A stretch of DNA of 57,616 nt, filler included, from Platydemus manokwari (Eukaryota), in NCBI GenBank assembly GCA_037951405.1. It is 5 parts of 5 records of this genome, joined end to end, with 100 filler letters (N's around TTAATTAATTAA, not from the genome) between each part and the next. Parts side by side here need not be neighbours in the genome. Positions count along the whole stretch, not along the records: positions 25,137 to 35,367 come from JBBMOY011155994.1; positions 35,468 to 48,513 come from JBBMOY011866943.1; 3 more parts are not named here. One strand, written 5' to 3'. The translations under genes and the position numbers were made by a program. Positions 25,363 through 37,677 of this stretch are shown here, piece by piece (positions within the stretch are counted from its first letter, which is position 1; the number at the start of each line of letters is the position of its first letter). The notes beneath the pieces are model-generated. The model was not told the DNA's origin. It did not search any database and worked only from the letters and a program-made list of their open reading frames with translations.

Positions 25363-26836
25363 GGTAAAATATCACAAATTTATGAAAGATGTGTTACCCT
25401 TGCATCCAGAAGTGTTTCACAACTGGTTCCTTCAGAGATTTCCAGAACCCGGTTCATGGTTGGTGCTTGTATTGTCATGAAAATATAAAACGATTCTTTG
25501 GTCCCTTTAGGTACCGCAGTTTACAGAAATATTCTCGATCTGTAGCAGTTATGAGTATGGTTGGATACATTCTGGGATTAGGGGACCGACATTTTGAAAA
25601 TATTCTATTTGATTATACAACAGGCGATATTGTTCATATCGATTTCAATTGCCTATTTGAACAGGGAAAGCTTTTGCAATGGCCCGAAGTCGTTCCTTTT
25701 CGGTTAACTAGAAATATGCAAGACGCTCTGGGACCATGTAGAGAAAACAATGGCTTATTTCGTTCTTCGTGTGTAGCAACATTGAGACTGCTACGCAACG
25801 AAATAGAGGCTATCATGGCTGTGTTTAGACCCATGTTAAATGACACAATAGAAGTGACAGGTTATTAATTTAAAATTTTGATTATTTATTATTGTTGATT
25901 ATTTATTGATTATTTATTAAAATTGTTCTTATTGTATGGATATTTTGGTGAATCAGACATCAAACAACATTTACACAAGACAAATATAAATGAAGTTAGT
26001 TTGATCCATCAGAGAAAGAATTTAGTAATCGATGTACTATCCAATACTGATGAATAGAAAGGTTTGCAAGACCGATCTATCAGCCGACTCCATGCTTAGA
26101 TTGTCAGTTGCTCTATCAACAAGGCTTCTTGGCTTTTATAAATATTAATATTACTTTCATTAACTGACAGTTTGCATATAATATTTAACAAAAGGAGTTT
26201 TGTGACCACTGTGATAAACCAAAGAGGTTTATTTAAAAATAAAATTAATAATATTCTTTTATATATATATATATATATTTAAATATTCTGATTTGTGATA
26301 TCACATCGAAGAATTTCTTTACCATTTTCAAAATATCCTGGAAATTGTTTATTCGTAAATATGAAAATCTTATGAGTAACTTAATATATAATTACGATAA
26401 TTTTTTGAATATTAAACATCCATCTTTCTTTAGGATTCGGTTTAATAAACATTTTTTATGATGTTATCGATTGGATTAAAAATTAATAACATCCATAAAT
26501 ATGTCCATATAAATAGAGTTTATATAATAATTTTTAAAATTCTTAATAATTTGAATAAGTTTATATTGGAACAATAAATACTCTCGGATTTTTAAAATGT
26601 TATCCAGCTTTAAATATATTAATGTTATTATTTCACCAGAACCTCGAGGAAATAATAAAAAAACAACTATTACGAAGAAAACAGAAACCAAGTTGACCGA
26701 CATGGAAGGCCGTCTCAGAGGTAAAGTAAATCAATTACCTCTGTCAGTGGAGGGTCAAGTTAATTATTTGATTACTCAAGCGGTTGATAATAAACTATTG
26801 TGCCAAATGTTTATCGGTTGGAGTTCTTATGTATAA
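25363..26836 (+). CDS. ATR: Serine/threonine kinase ATR, 3' exons (PIKK catalytic domain + FATC)
   Basis: Spliced: VLPLHPEVFHNWFLQRFPEPGSW|YRSLQKYSRSVAVMSMVGYILGLGDRHFENILFD...VHIDFNCLFEQG...PEVVPFRLTRNM. Terminal exon LPLSVEGQVNYLITQAVDNKLLCQMFIGWSSYV* is an ATR-type FATC. Confidence 0.93.
26041..26083 (+). ncRNA. Degenerate minimal type I hammerhead ribozyme-like motif (possible Penelope-like element remnant) in an ATR intron
   Basis: ATA-CTGATGA-ATA-GAAA-GGTTTGCAAGACCGA-TC-TAT. The core boxes are intact and stem III is near-palindromic, but stem I is only 3 bp. Confidence 0.35.
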
Positions 26837-28609
26837 TAAATGTTAAATAAAATATAACTTATTTTTTCCGCGATATTTTCAGTTAATTTTACACGGTATC
26901 CTATTTTAAAGACTTCCATTTTTAAATTTTATTTTCAATATATTGACCATTTTAGTTACCTGATTAATTTTGCTAGTCTAGCTATTAAAGTTCCTATAAA
27001 AATACTGAACACATAATCTATCTGACAAATTGTATAAATCCTGAGTGATTCTGAATAGGTTTGGCTTGCTAATCTGGTATTGAAAAGTTATATTGAACGT
27101 AAACGATGACGCATGTGCGACTTGTGTGTAATTAGTTGTAAGAATGATGTGTATGTATAGTTTTGTGTCAAGTCACGGTTTGGCTGAAATTAAATACACG
27201 AATTGAAAAATGTTATTTTTAAGAATAGATTTATAATGAACAATTTCGAAAGTTATTCATTATCCACAATACATTCTTTTATTATTATAAAATGAAAAAG
27301 TAATAACTTACATTTTTCTTCGAAATCTTTCGAAAATATCTTCACTATTTATGGCTTTTACGATTAGAAAATTTTTACTTTTTGAGATGTAAACTTGGCT
27401 TATCAGTTGAAATTTTAACCTAAAAATTATGGAAATAATAACATGACAAAATCCTTCTAATTGAAAGATTGTGTAGCAAATATTCATGAATTAATGACTG
27501 ATAGTATATCATTTTAAGAGAAGAACTTTAAATTTCGAGCAGAACTGTTACAATTTCGAATTTTATAACTTGCCTTGTAAAGAAAATTGAGAAATACCTA
27601 AATTATGTTCATTGAGTTGTTTTGGGGAGCCAATTCAAGAGACTAAGAAAAGTTAAAAATGGTTAGGTTAATGATGCACTTCTATAGTGAAGCAGAAGAA
27701 AATGACTGTTAATTCATGTGGTCCATGGAAGAAGAAGATCGCCGAAACATAATCGGTAAGATATTAAACAACATCGAAGAAGTATGGGGTAGCTAAGAAT
27801 AAAGTTATTAGGCAACAGTGGAGCAAGCTGGTAAAAACCTGAAAGAAGCCGGAAAAAATTAAGAGGTCAAGCGAGAGAAGTCAGGAATTTCGCAGATGTT
27901 GGAGGGCATCGAGTGAGAATCTCAACCAAAACCCCAATATACAATATACAGTAATCAAATAAACATACTATTTTATAATTTATTTATATTAAGCCTTTAA
28001 GATTAATTAAAAGTAATACATCACCATCAATAAAGTAAACACAATGAATTATAATTTTAGGATAAAATAAATATAAAACTATAAGCAATGATGCGAAGTA
28101 CCAAAATTTCTGAAATTATGAATTAATTAATTATTAACTCAAAGTACCAAACTGAAAAAATATATAAGGTCTGTTGTTCAAGAGTCAAAACGCCCTAAAA
28201 ATAGACAGTAAATTAACTAAGATTAATTTGGACATTTATCCGTGGAATAAAGATAATCTTGAAATGATGTTTAGAATTTGTACATTGATAATAAATATTT
28301 TATAAATAACATATAAATAACACTTAATAAATATTTTAATCCAACTTAAGTAAGACAAATCATATAACTTACTACAAAAAGGACTTCTCCTTTTAGAATA
28401 ATAAATAATATATTTTAAATTTTGTCGATTAAAATCTGTAAAGAAATTTGGGGTTCTTGCGAACGGGAGTATTTTCTGCCAAATCTAATTGATTGAGCTC
28501 ATTTGTTGTAAAAAATAAAGTTTGCTTCAATAAAATTTCATAAATAATTTGTGTTGTTTGTAAAAATTAAAACTACAAGGGCTCATACTATATTTAATCA
28601 ATCCATTGC

Positions 28610-28760
28610 AGAAAGTTTTCCTCATCCACAGATATCAACGCCGTCCGCATATATTCCTGAACACCCGTCATGAATTGAATTACTGTGTCTATCTACAGTC
28701 CTCCTCTAAACGCTTCTACTGTTAATTTATTTGATGATATTACATTTGAGCCCACTGACT
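28610..28760 (+). mobile_element. LINE APE-endonuclease scrap
   Basis: Reads DINAVRI...ITVSIYSPP, resembling the jockey/I-clade APE motif, with stops. Confidence 0.4.
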
Positions 28761-30697
28761 CATTTGTTCCTTGAAATTTTTCTTGAAAAGCTATTGGAAA
28801 AGCAACTAACTAAATCCTTTTCCAATATTATTTCATTTTCCATTTGTTATGAGTAGGTAAAAAACAAACACCCAAAAATTCAAATGAATAAATAATAAAC
28901 ACGTTAATGTATTCAGTGTTAAGGTATTCAGTGTAATATACAACAACTAGTGCAGAAATACTTATTTAAAGGTATTATTACTCGTGAAGAGCTAAAGTTA
29001 CTACATAAAAGAGTGCGCTGATAGCAGCCAGAAGGAAAATCTATGTTAGTAGATTCAAAAGAAGTTCTTGTGCTCACTCCTTATTAAAAAATTAGATAAT
29101 TTATAAACGGGAATTATCCCTATTTGATTGAATTAACCTTGTTTTCTGTATTGAAGAATACATTATTATAAGGCAGTAGTATTTGTTTTCACTAAGTGAG
29201 GACCATAATTTGATAGGAGTTAGATATGTATAAATGGTAGTGCTTAAGTTAGAGTAGTTTATAATTTAACAATATAATGTAGCATAGCCAGATATGTTCA
29301 TCGACCATGACCTGAATTTGAAGTATAAATAAATTAATCAATTATAATAACAGAACAAAAACGACGATTGAGCTAAAGGAAAAAAATGCAGAGTCGAAAT
29401 CCTAATCCATGTTTATCAAAGTCCAGAAAAAAGCACTTAATCATCAAATAATCACTATCCAAAATTGCAATTATCAATCACAATTAATAAAACAGAAACA
29501 GAAACAGCGATTACAAAAAATTGGTCATTTAAATGATCACACAAAAAATGTGGAAAGCAAATATTTACCGACCATGGAAGACCAGCAGTTACATCCCAGA
29601 TCAGTATGTTTAACGTTTTTGCCGAAAAGTCTATATACTATTCTGTTAGTATGTTTTGTTCTTACTCTCGTACCATTAGATCGTTACTTGTTGATGTGCA
29701 TCAATTGATAATCGAATTCTATTTATGTATTGATATTTTGGAAGCATCTGAACAACTATTTACATGCGTATAGAAACTTCTAATGGTATGAGTACTTATC
29801 TTGATTTAATTCTGTTACACAATCAACGATGAGAAAATTTCAATGCATAGATAAATAATATGAAAAATTTGTCTGGTAGTGCAAGTCTTCTTCAGAAAGT
29901 ATACATTAAAATGAATTATTCGAAAACGGGTATTCGAAAAGTAAGTTCATAGAATAGAAGAGACAGTAAATTTTTGAGATAATCCAAATTAAACGTCAAC
30001 TGAGAAAGAATTTTAAAACTTAGAAATAAAAATATACAATTTAAATTTTATTCCCGCAACATCATCACTCGCAACGGAATTAATTCGTTAGTAACATATA
30101 TTTGGGAACTCATGCATACAAGATGCCCAAGTATTTTAATCAAATTCTATAGTCCGATACTTTCTGCGATAGTATTTTTTTACAATCATTTTTTAGGGCA
30201 CAAATCCATCCAACGATCATATTCAACAACGTCATATTAAAATTTAAATTTTATTACATCATTATTGGATTATTATTGTATCTATTTATCGATTTGTTTG
30301 AGTTATTAAAAAAGTTTAGATATTCTTGCTTTAGTCAACCTAAAATTTTAAAAGAATCAAACTATTGGTAGGGACGTCTTCATAATTTTAATTCAACCCA
30401 GCACGTCTTATTGGATAAGTATTATCAGGTTTTCCAGTTTTTTTTATTTTATGTAAATTGAGTTTACCTGTTCTTTGATTAAAGATTTCTAACATTTTAT
30501 TCGCTATAACAATTTGATAGTTATCTAAAAATCTAATATTGAAAATAATATTAATAATAATTATGATAATAATTGATTGTAAAAGGATTAAAACACAACA
30601 AAATAGAATTTTAAACACATTTAAATTTAAGGATTAAAATTGATAGGTATTTGAAATATTGTTATTATGTTTGCATTTATATTTAAATGGTTTAGAG

Positions 30698-31318
30698 CAG
30701 TAGTTTTCAACTTTTTTGTTGGAGAGGAACCCTACAGAAACATTTCCCTGACTCGAGGAACCACTGTGCATTAATTTACTTGTGTTATGCATAAAAATAG
30801 CATTTACTTTTTAAAATGAAATAAAAGTATTTATGTACAGAGTATTGTAGAAGTTTGTCGATGAAATGAAAACAAAATTGTGCATGTTTGAATAGATTAA
30901 TATATTCTTAACAAAAACACAGTGGGAAATTTGAGCCTGGGGTTTCTTGTACAACTCTTTAAGATTGGGTTGTCGTTTTGACAGACACACACGAAGTTCA
31001 TCTTCCACAGACAGTAATTGTGCTAGTTTCTTTTGTTTGATGGTTGTCAGAGCTGAAAATCCAAATTCACACAAACATGAGGTTGAAAAATGCACAGAAA
31101 GTCGTGGCGCTTTAGTACATTTAAATTTAGTAGATTTAAACAATAAATAATAATAAAATAATAAAAATTATAATAAAAATAATAATGAAAAAATAATAAT
31201 AATGATAAAACAGATTTTTGAAACTGAATTTAACACGTTGTTTATTTGTTCGTTGTTCTAATTTAGAAATCGTACAACCCCTGGAGTGTACTAGCGGAAC
31301 CCTGGTTGAAAACCGCTG
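30698..31318 (-). mobile_element. Non-autonomous hAT (Buster/Charlie-type) element, 621 bp
   Basis: TIRs CAGTAGTTTTCAAC / GTTGAAAACCGCTG. Perfect 8-bp TSD GTTTAGAG at 30690-30697 and 31319-31326, with the central TA typical of Buster. Retains the transposase C-terminal dimerisation segment FSTSCLCEFGFSAL...EDELRVCLS...QAQISH. Confidence 0.95.
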
Positions 31319-33089
31319 GTTTAGAGTATAAGTTGTGATTATGTATTAACGTTAAATCTAGTAAAGCAATTTTGACAAATAGTGCTTTAAACTGCATCTA
31401 TTTTTAACAGAAATTTAATGGATTATTATTTTTTATAAATTGATAATGATGTTATCGATTGATTTTTAATTCCTTAATTCATAAATTTCATTGAACACAA
31501 ATGCTCGAATTAGCGAATTGTGTTACTTATTAATTTGAGAATTTTTGACAAAAGTTGGGATTATACCCAATTTTTAAGACTTTTACGTGGTAGTTTGATT
31601 AAAAGTCATTGATCATAGGTGTGTGATTTAGATGAGTATCATTCCAATTGCTCGACTGACCAGTTGCCTTAGAGAAAGCGCACCATAAAAAGAAGACGTT
31701 GTTATAGAAAGATTTCTTGTTTTTAATTATTTACATGTCATATATATGTTTGGATTGTTTTCTTTGGTCCCTTTGTGTGACCTCTGAAAGGAACCATACT
31801 AGCAAAATTATTTATTTTTGATTTCGATTTAATAATTAAATTCTTAAACAATGCCTCTTAATTATTTTATATTTTATTTATCAAGTATTTAGCTTATTAT
31901 TGACGAAAAATGAAAAATATTTTTCACCTAATCACAAACATGCCAAAAAGCAATTAATAGAAAACAAATCTGTGTTTATATACTTGATTGGTTGCAGCTT
32001 GATTAATTTTATTTGTGATTTCATATTAAATATTTTAAAATTTCACTTTACACTTAAATTTTTAAAAGATTTTTCATTTGATTTTTTAAATAATCCAATC
32101 TTATTTCCCGAATATATCAGCAGTTTAAATATCATCTGTAGTTTGTAAATAACTCATTTTTGGATGCTTAGCCCCAAAAGACTTGTTATTGATCTGATAA
32201 ATATTTGAATTTTGTTTTTATTTCCTTTTAAGTAGTCCACTAAGATTTCAGAAGGTAATGTGAAATCTTCAGAGAAATATTTTGCAATGCCAAATATTTG
32301 CGACTCTACTGGCGTCTAGTGCACTTATTAAAGTATCTTATGAACCATGTATAGATATATGTGTGTGTAAAAGTGAGAGTAAGATACTGTTTTGGCATCA
32401 TGGAGCACTAAGGAAAGAAGTCTTCGACATTTCAGAAGGAAATACCTATAATCGTACTGGTCTCAGCGCTTATCGCAATGCAGCAAGAAGTATCCAATTT
32501 CCACAGTACATTGAGATTTTAGCATTTCAGAACGAAGAAATTTCAATTAGCTGTAACAAATCATGCTAATAACTTCGAGAACTCAGATCAAATTCTCAAA
32601 ACGTGTGGTTCATGATTATAAACGATGAATTAACGGTACATTAACAAAAATATCAATAATAAAAAATTTTCATTCCATATTTTGCTGTTAGGTATATTTA
32701 CTGGAATTTAACCTTGAATTTTTTTAATGATGCCTATATGTGATCATGATGACATAAGATTGTTTTTCATTAAAAATATATTCATGTATTAAATAATGAA
32801 TGCCAAGCTCAATGTATAATATTTAACGTTCTACATCCCAATATATCATGCATTGATTTTCGTAAGGATTTCAGTGAAAGATATTAATTAATCTGAAATG
32901 ATAAACACTAAGTCAAACATTATTAATGATGAATCTGAAAATCGTTTAGCACAAATAATTAATTTTTAAAAAAATCTTTAAATAATAATCGATAGATTAA
33001 AAAGATTACTTTAACAAGCGACATGAAAAAATAATAAATAAAAAATAAATATCATTGTTGTCTCTAAGATAGTAAAAAACACTGGATTT

Positions 33090-35306
33090 CAACAGTTAGA
33101 TAAAAAAAGAGATTTGTTTTAATATTAAAAAACAAACGGTGTGATTTTGAAAGTAAAATAAAATATTGATGCAAGCGACTTATGTTTTTACTGGCCACCA
33201 CGCCGAAATTAAAGCTCTGACTAGAGCTAAACGAGAAGAGAGGCAGAAAATTTTTGCGAATCTCCCACAGAAAACGCAGGAGTTATTCATTCCGAAACCA
33301 TCATTCTTCTATTCATCTATCCAAGACGCTGAGAAATGGTTCCAAACAACCAAAGATTTCGTGACCTTTAATCAAATGAAACTATCATTTGCATTTGACA
33401 TGCTTTTGAGAGATGACACCAAACAGTTGTCTCAAGAATTCAGTAGTTTCAAAGAGGCTATTTCAAATGAAGAAAGTGAGAAATGGTTTTAGAAACATTT
33501 TCACATGCCAAAACAGTGTACGACAAGGTTCAGGATTTGGCAGCAATGCAACAAAGAGCAGATAAAAAATATTTTAGTGTATTGAAGAACGATAGAGGAA
33601 CACAATGAGAAACTTGAAATGGTATTCAGGTTGATTAAATCATCAGGTTTGAAAATCAATCCCGAGAAATGCACTTTTGGCACTAGAAAATTGAATTTCC
33701 TCGGTCATACGGTCAGTACAAAAGGTATAGAAACTAATCACGATAAAATAAAGAAGATTAAGGAAGCACTTAAACCTGGTTGCATCACTCAGTTGAGGTT
33801 GGTCCTAGGATTGTGCAATTATTACAGATTATCAAAGATTATGCATTAACTACAGCTCCGTCATGTGCGATGATGACTAGAAGTGACAAAAAAATGGAGT
33901 GGAGTACAGAGTGTGAGGAAAGTTTTGGAAACCTTAAGGAACAATTATGCACAGCTCCTTTCAAGATCCAAATAAAGAGATGATTTTAGACATCGACACT
34001 AGTTTTTGAGCAATTGGAAGCGTTCTAAGCCAGCTGGATGACAATGGAAAAGAAAGAGTAATAGCCTATGGCTCTAGAATTCTTAACAGCCATGAAAAAG
34101 GTTATTGCGTAACGATGAAAGAGCTTTTGGCAATGCACGAGTTTACTATGTATTTTAAACATTATCTGTTGGGAAGGAAATTTGCTACTTGCACCGATCA
34201 CAAAGCATTGACATACATGAAAAAAACTAACAAACCGAATTCCCCTCAGCTTCAAACATGATTTGCAAACTTATCCGGTTTCAATTTCGAACTACAATAT
34301 CAGAAATGATCAGATCATGGAAATACAGATGGGCTCTCAAGAATAGGTGAAGCATTTTGTTCACAATGCTTAACTCAGCACCAGGGAGCTAAAAAAGGTA
34401 AACTAAAAACTCGGTTTATTAATGTTGTCGGGCATTTAATTGCAAATAATGACGGACTAAGAAATATTCAACAAGAAGATACTGTCGTTGGTTCCATTCA
34501 AAAATATTTAAGGAAAACAGAAGCAGAAGTCAATTCAGCGGTCAAGAAAAGCAAATATTTTAACAATTTAGAGAAATATGAATTGTTTGAAGATATGGCA
34601 GTGTATAATGAAAATGGAAAGAAACGAATTGTTGTACCAGAGGTTTATTCGCTGAAACTTACGAGATACCTTCATGAGGAGTTGTACCGTATTGGTAATG
34701 AGAAATTGGTCGAATATATTCAAAAGATTTACTTCTGGCCAAATATGTCATGAAACATCGAACATGAAGTACGGAATTGTGATATTTGTGCTAAACGGAA
34801 GGTATACACCGGACGGACTAAAGAAATTATGATTCCAATGGAAAGGTTTGGTTCTCTGGAACAGATATTTGTTGATCTTGCGCACTCTTGGGAATTTATG
34901 ACTAAAACAAGATATCTGTTGGTTATTGTAGATAGATTCAGTAAGTTAGTAAGCTTAAAACCACTTATTTGACAAGACGAGATCAATATTTCCAAGGTAT
35001 AGTGCTCCAAAATCAATGCTCACTGATTGGGGTGGATTCTTCAAGAGAAGGGAAATGAAAGAATTAGCGATACGTTTTGGAATAAAACAAGAATTTACTT
35101 CCACATATCAATATCAAGCAAATAGTTTAGCGGAAAGGGTGATTAGGACGGTCAGACACATGGTGCTAACAGCGATGGCATCAGAGAAACAGGCTTGGAA
35201 TAAATTAATACCTCGAATAGAATTTATCATCAATGCAACATATCAGTGCTCAATCCAACATTCTCCTTGTGAAATATTGCTTGGACGAAGTGTGAGGATT
35301 TATTAA
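33090..35306 (+). mobile_element. Degenerate Ty3/gypsy element, family A copy 2 (LTR end, gag start, RT end, RNase H, integrase)
   Basis: PBS-like TGGCCACCAC at 33192. Bases 33590-33800 are highly similar to the reverse complement of 20-250. RNase H remnant (IAYGSR...TDHKAL) and integrase (ANSLAERVIRTVRHM...SPCEILLGR) present, with many stops. Confidence 0.92.
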
Positions 35307-35367
35307 AATAATTAAAAATATTTTTATAATGTTATTAAAAAAAAATGTTATAATTAAAATTTTAATA

Positions 35368-35467
35368 NNNNNNNNNNNNNNNNNNNNNNNNNNNNNNNNN
35401 NNNNNNNNNNNTTAATTAATTAANNNNNNNNNNNNNNNNNNNNNNNNNNNNNNNNNNNNNNNNNNNN
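35368..35467. other. Artificial assembly spacer
   Basis: N44-TTAATTAATTAA-N44. Confidence 0.97.
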
Positions 35468-35639
35468 TAGGGATATTGTAAGAGGTTTCATCATCAATGG
35501 AAATACAATCACAATCATTCGAAATAAAATCATCATTCACTCTCGTATATTCAGACACACATACATTCATTGTCAGTTAAATACCTACTTAAACCAAATT
35601 TATGGCTCCTGCCTTTGCTCTCCTAATTGTGAATAGAAT

Positions 35640-36640
35640 GATCCTTCGATTGTGGATCCGTCGTGGGGGTTTATTGTAGTCATTTTCTCTTGAGTATCTA
35701 GTACTGGTTTGGTTGGATACTCTCCATTGATATTAGAAATGGGCATTTCTACCACAGAAAAGGCAGTTTACATTGCTACATTGAGCTCGGATGTGTCCAA
35801 GTTGACCTCAAGCTCAGTATCGTCGAGTTTCTTTCCACGTGTCTCGATATCGTCCGTTTAGTGACTGCTGACAACTTGAGAGTTGGCTTCTTCTAATTGG
35901 AACATTCCATTGTTTAGAATTCTTTGTTATATCTGGATATGACACTTTCTTATGAATCGCAGCAAGTGATTCTTCTCCCTCGATTTCCTTTTGGATGTCT
36001 TCCATCTTCTGAATGATGTCTTTTGCTTGATGTACCGTTTTTATGTCCCGCACTTTCATCTCTTTTTTTATTTCCACGTCCTCAATTGCGTTTTGAGTCA
36101 AAAACATCATCAATGACGGCTTAGTTAATTTATGCCGAAGAATATTGTCTATTAATTTCTCGATTTTTTTAAAGAATTAGTTGGAACTTTCTTCCTTTCC
36201 TTTCCGGTATCTTAATGCTGCATGAAGATCTGCAGCGAGATTCATTTTAGGCTCGAACGCTTTTCTAATCCTCTCTTCTAACTCGAGAAAAGACTTCACC
36301 AGTGTTTCTTCGAATTCTCTTGGCTGTTGAGTCAGCTCGATGAATCTCTTCAAATCTATAATGAATTTTTCAAGATCATCTTTGGGTTTCAATTGTTCTG
36401 GAGGCTTGATATAATTCTGGACGTTGGTCGCCAAAAAATACGTTTTACACTGAATGATTTATTTAATACAATAACGATGTTATATAAATCATTTTATTGT
36501 TGGTGATGTAAGAACTTCTTGGAAGGTTTAAAGGATTGTGGCAACCGACAATTGCGCAATCACTAATCAACATGCAATCAAACAACATACACACGTCATA
36601 CATATCACATTCACATTTCCATTTACTAATCTCCCTTACA
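35640..36640 (-). mobile_element. Gypsy element family B: short 5' LTR (~36440-36640), PBS and decayed gag with zinc knuckles
   Basis: TGTAAGG start at 36640 (-) and PBS TGGCGACC at 36433. Gag-like ORFs 36177-36434 and 35814-36113. Knuckle remnants GQLGHIRAQCSNVNCLFCGRNAH. Confidence 0.8.
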
Positions 36641-36782
36641 ATAATCATTATTGTTGTTGTATTATTATTATAATAATAATTATGATTATTATAAATATCA
36701 GTAATAACATCTTTTTATTCGATTAATATTATTATTTATTTTTATACTTCATAATCTTTGAACTATGTTTTCCTCTCTTCAG

Positions 36783-37637
36783 GAGTGACGGGAAACTTGA
36801 TGGATGATTATGCCAAGATATCAAGTGATAAAGGTAAACCAATAAAAACTAGTAGTATCACTTATAATATTTATTTTCTCCAAGATAATCCAACCGAAAA
36901 TCAATACATACATAGTACTACTCAATCGAGATTTCCATACACATACGATAACAAATACTTCCATATACCGTATCGTAACAAGAAACCATGCTTTTATATG
37001 ATCACCCAATCGGAAGACCACCGACCAAGAATGTTCATACCAAATATTCTTGAAAAATTAAAATTAGAAATGGTCAGTAGATTCGATATGAGTTGATTTG
37101 GAAAAATATAATTTTTCATTGACAGTGCGAATATATCAGACAAACCAATCACATTCTCTCGAGAAATAAACGTGTCAAAGCAAGACAATATCTCAAACAA
37201 AGTATCAATAACTTTACCATTAGTATCGATAAAGTTATCGGATCAATGAAATCTTGTCGAGGAACTGCTAAGAAAACTCTTCTTGATGTCAAATATCAGA
37301 GATTGACTAGAATAGATCTTGAAAAAATGAAACAGAAATTGTTATCAATCAATTGTGGACTGTCAAGAGTAAATGTGAATGAAAAATTAAGAGAATGTAA
37401 TGTTTTAGTGAGAGTATTGGAAGATAAAATATTAGATGTGAGTTATTTGATTATTGATATAATTATATAATCATATTAGCCACAATATGGTCTACCAGAT
37501 ATATTTCTCTATATGATCCAGGAGAATGTTAAAATTGCTTATGCAAGAATTAAAGCTAGAGATATTCTTCATTCAGCTATGGCTGCCGAAAAAGGCACGA
37601 TGTGTGGAATAATGAATACGTTATATTTGAAAGTTAA

Positions 37638-37677
<40 letters not shown>

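Noticed and set aside
12129-26836. ERCC8 and ATR as a DNA-damage-response cluster
   Set aside because: They lie on different contigs separated by two spacers.
29409-29790. Coding-looking stretch with a possible C2H2-like remnant
   Set aside because: Stops in all frames and no recognisable family; cannot be supported.
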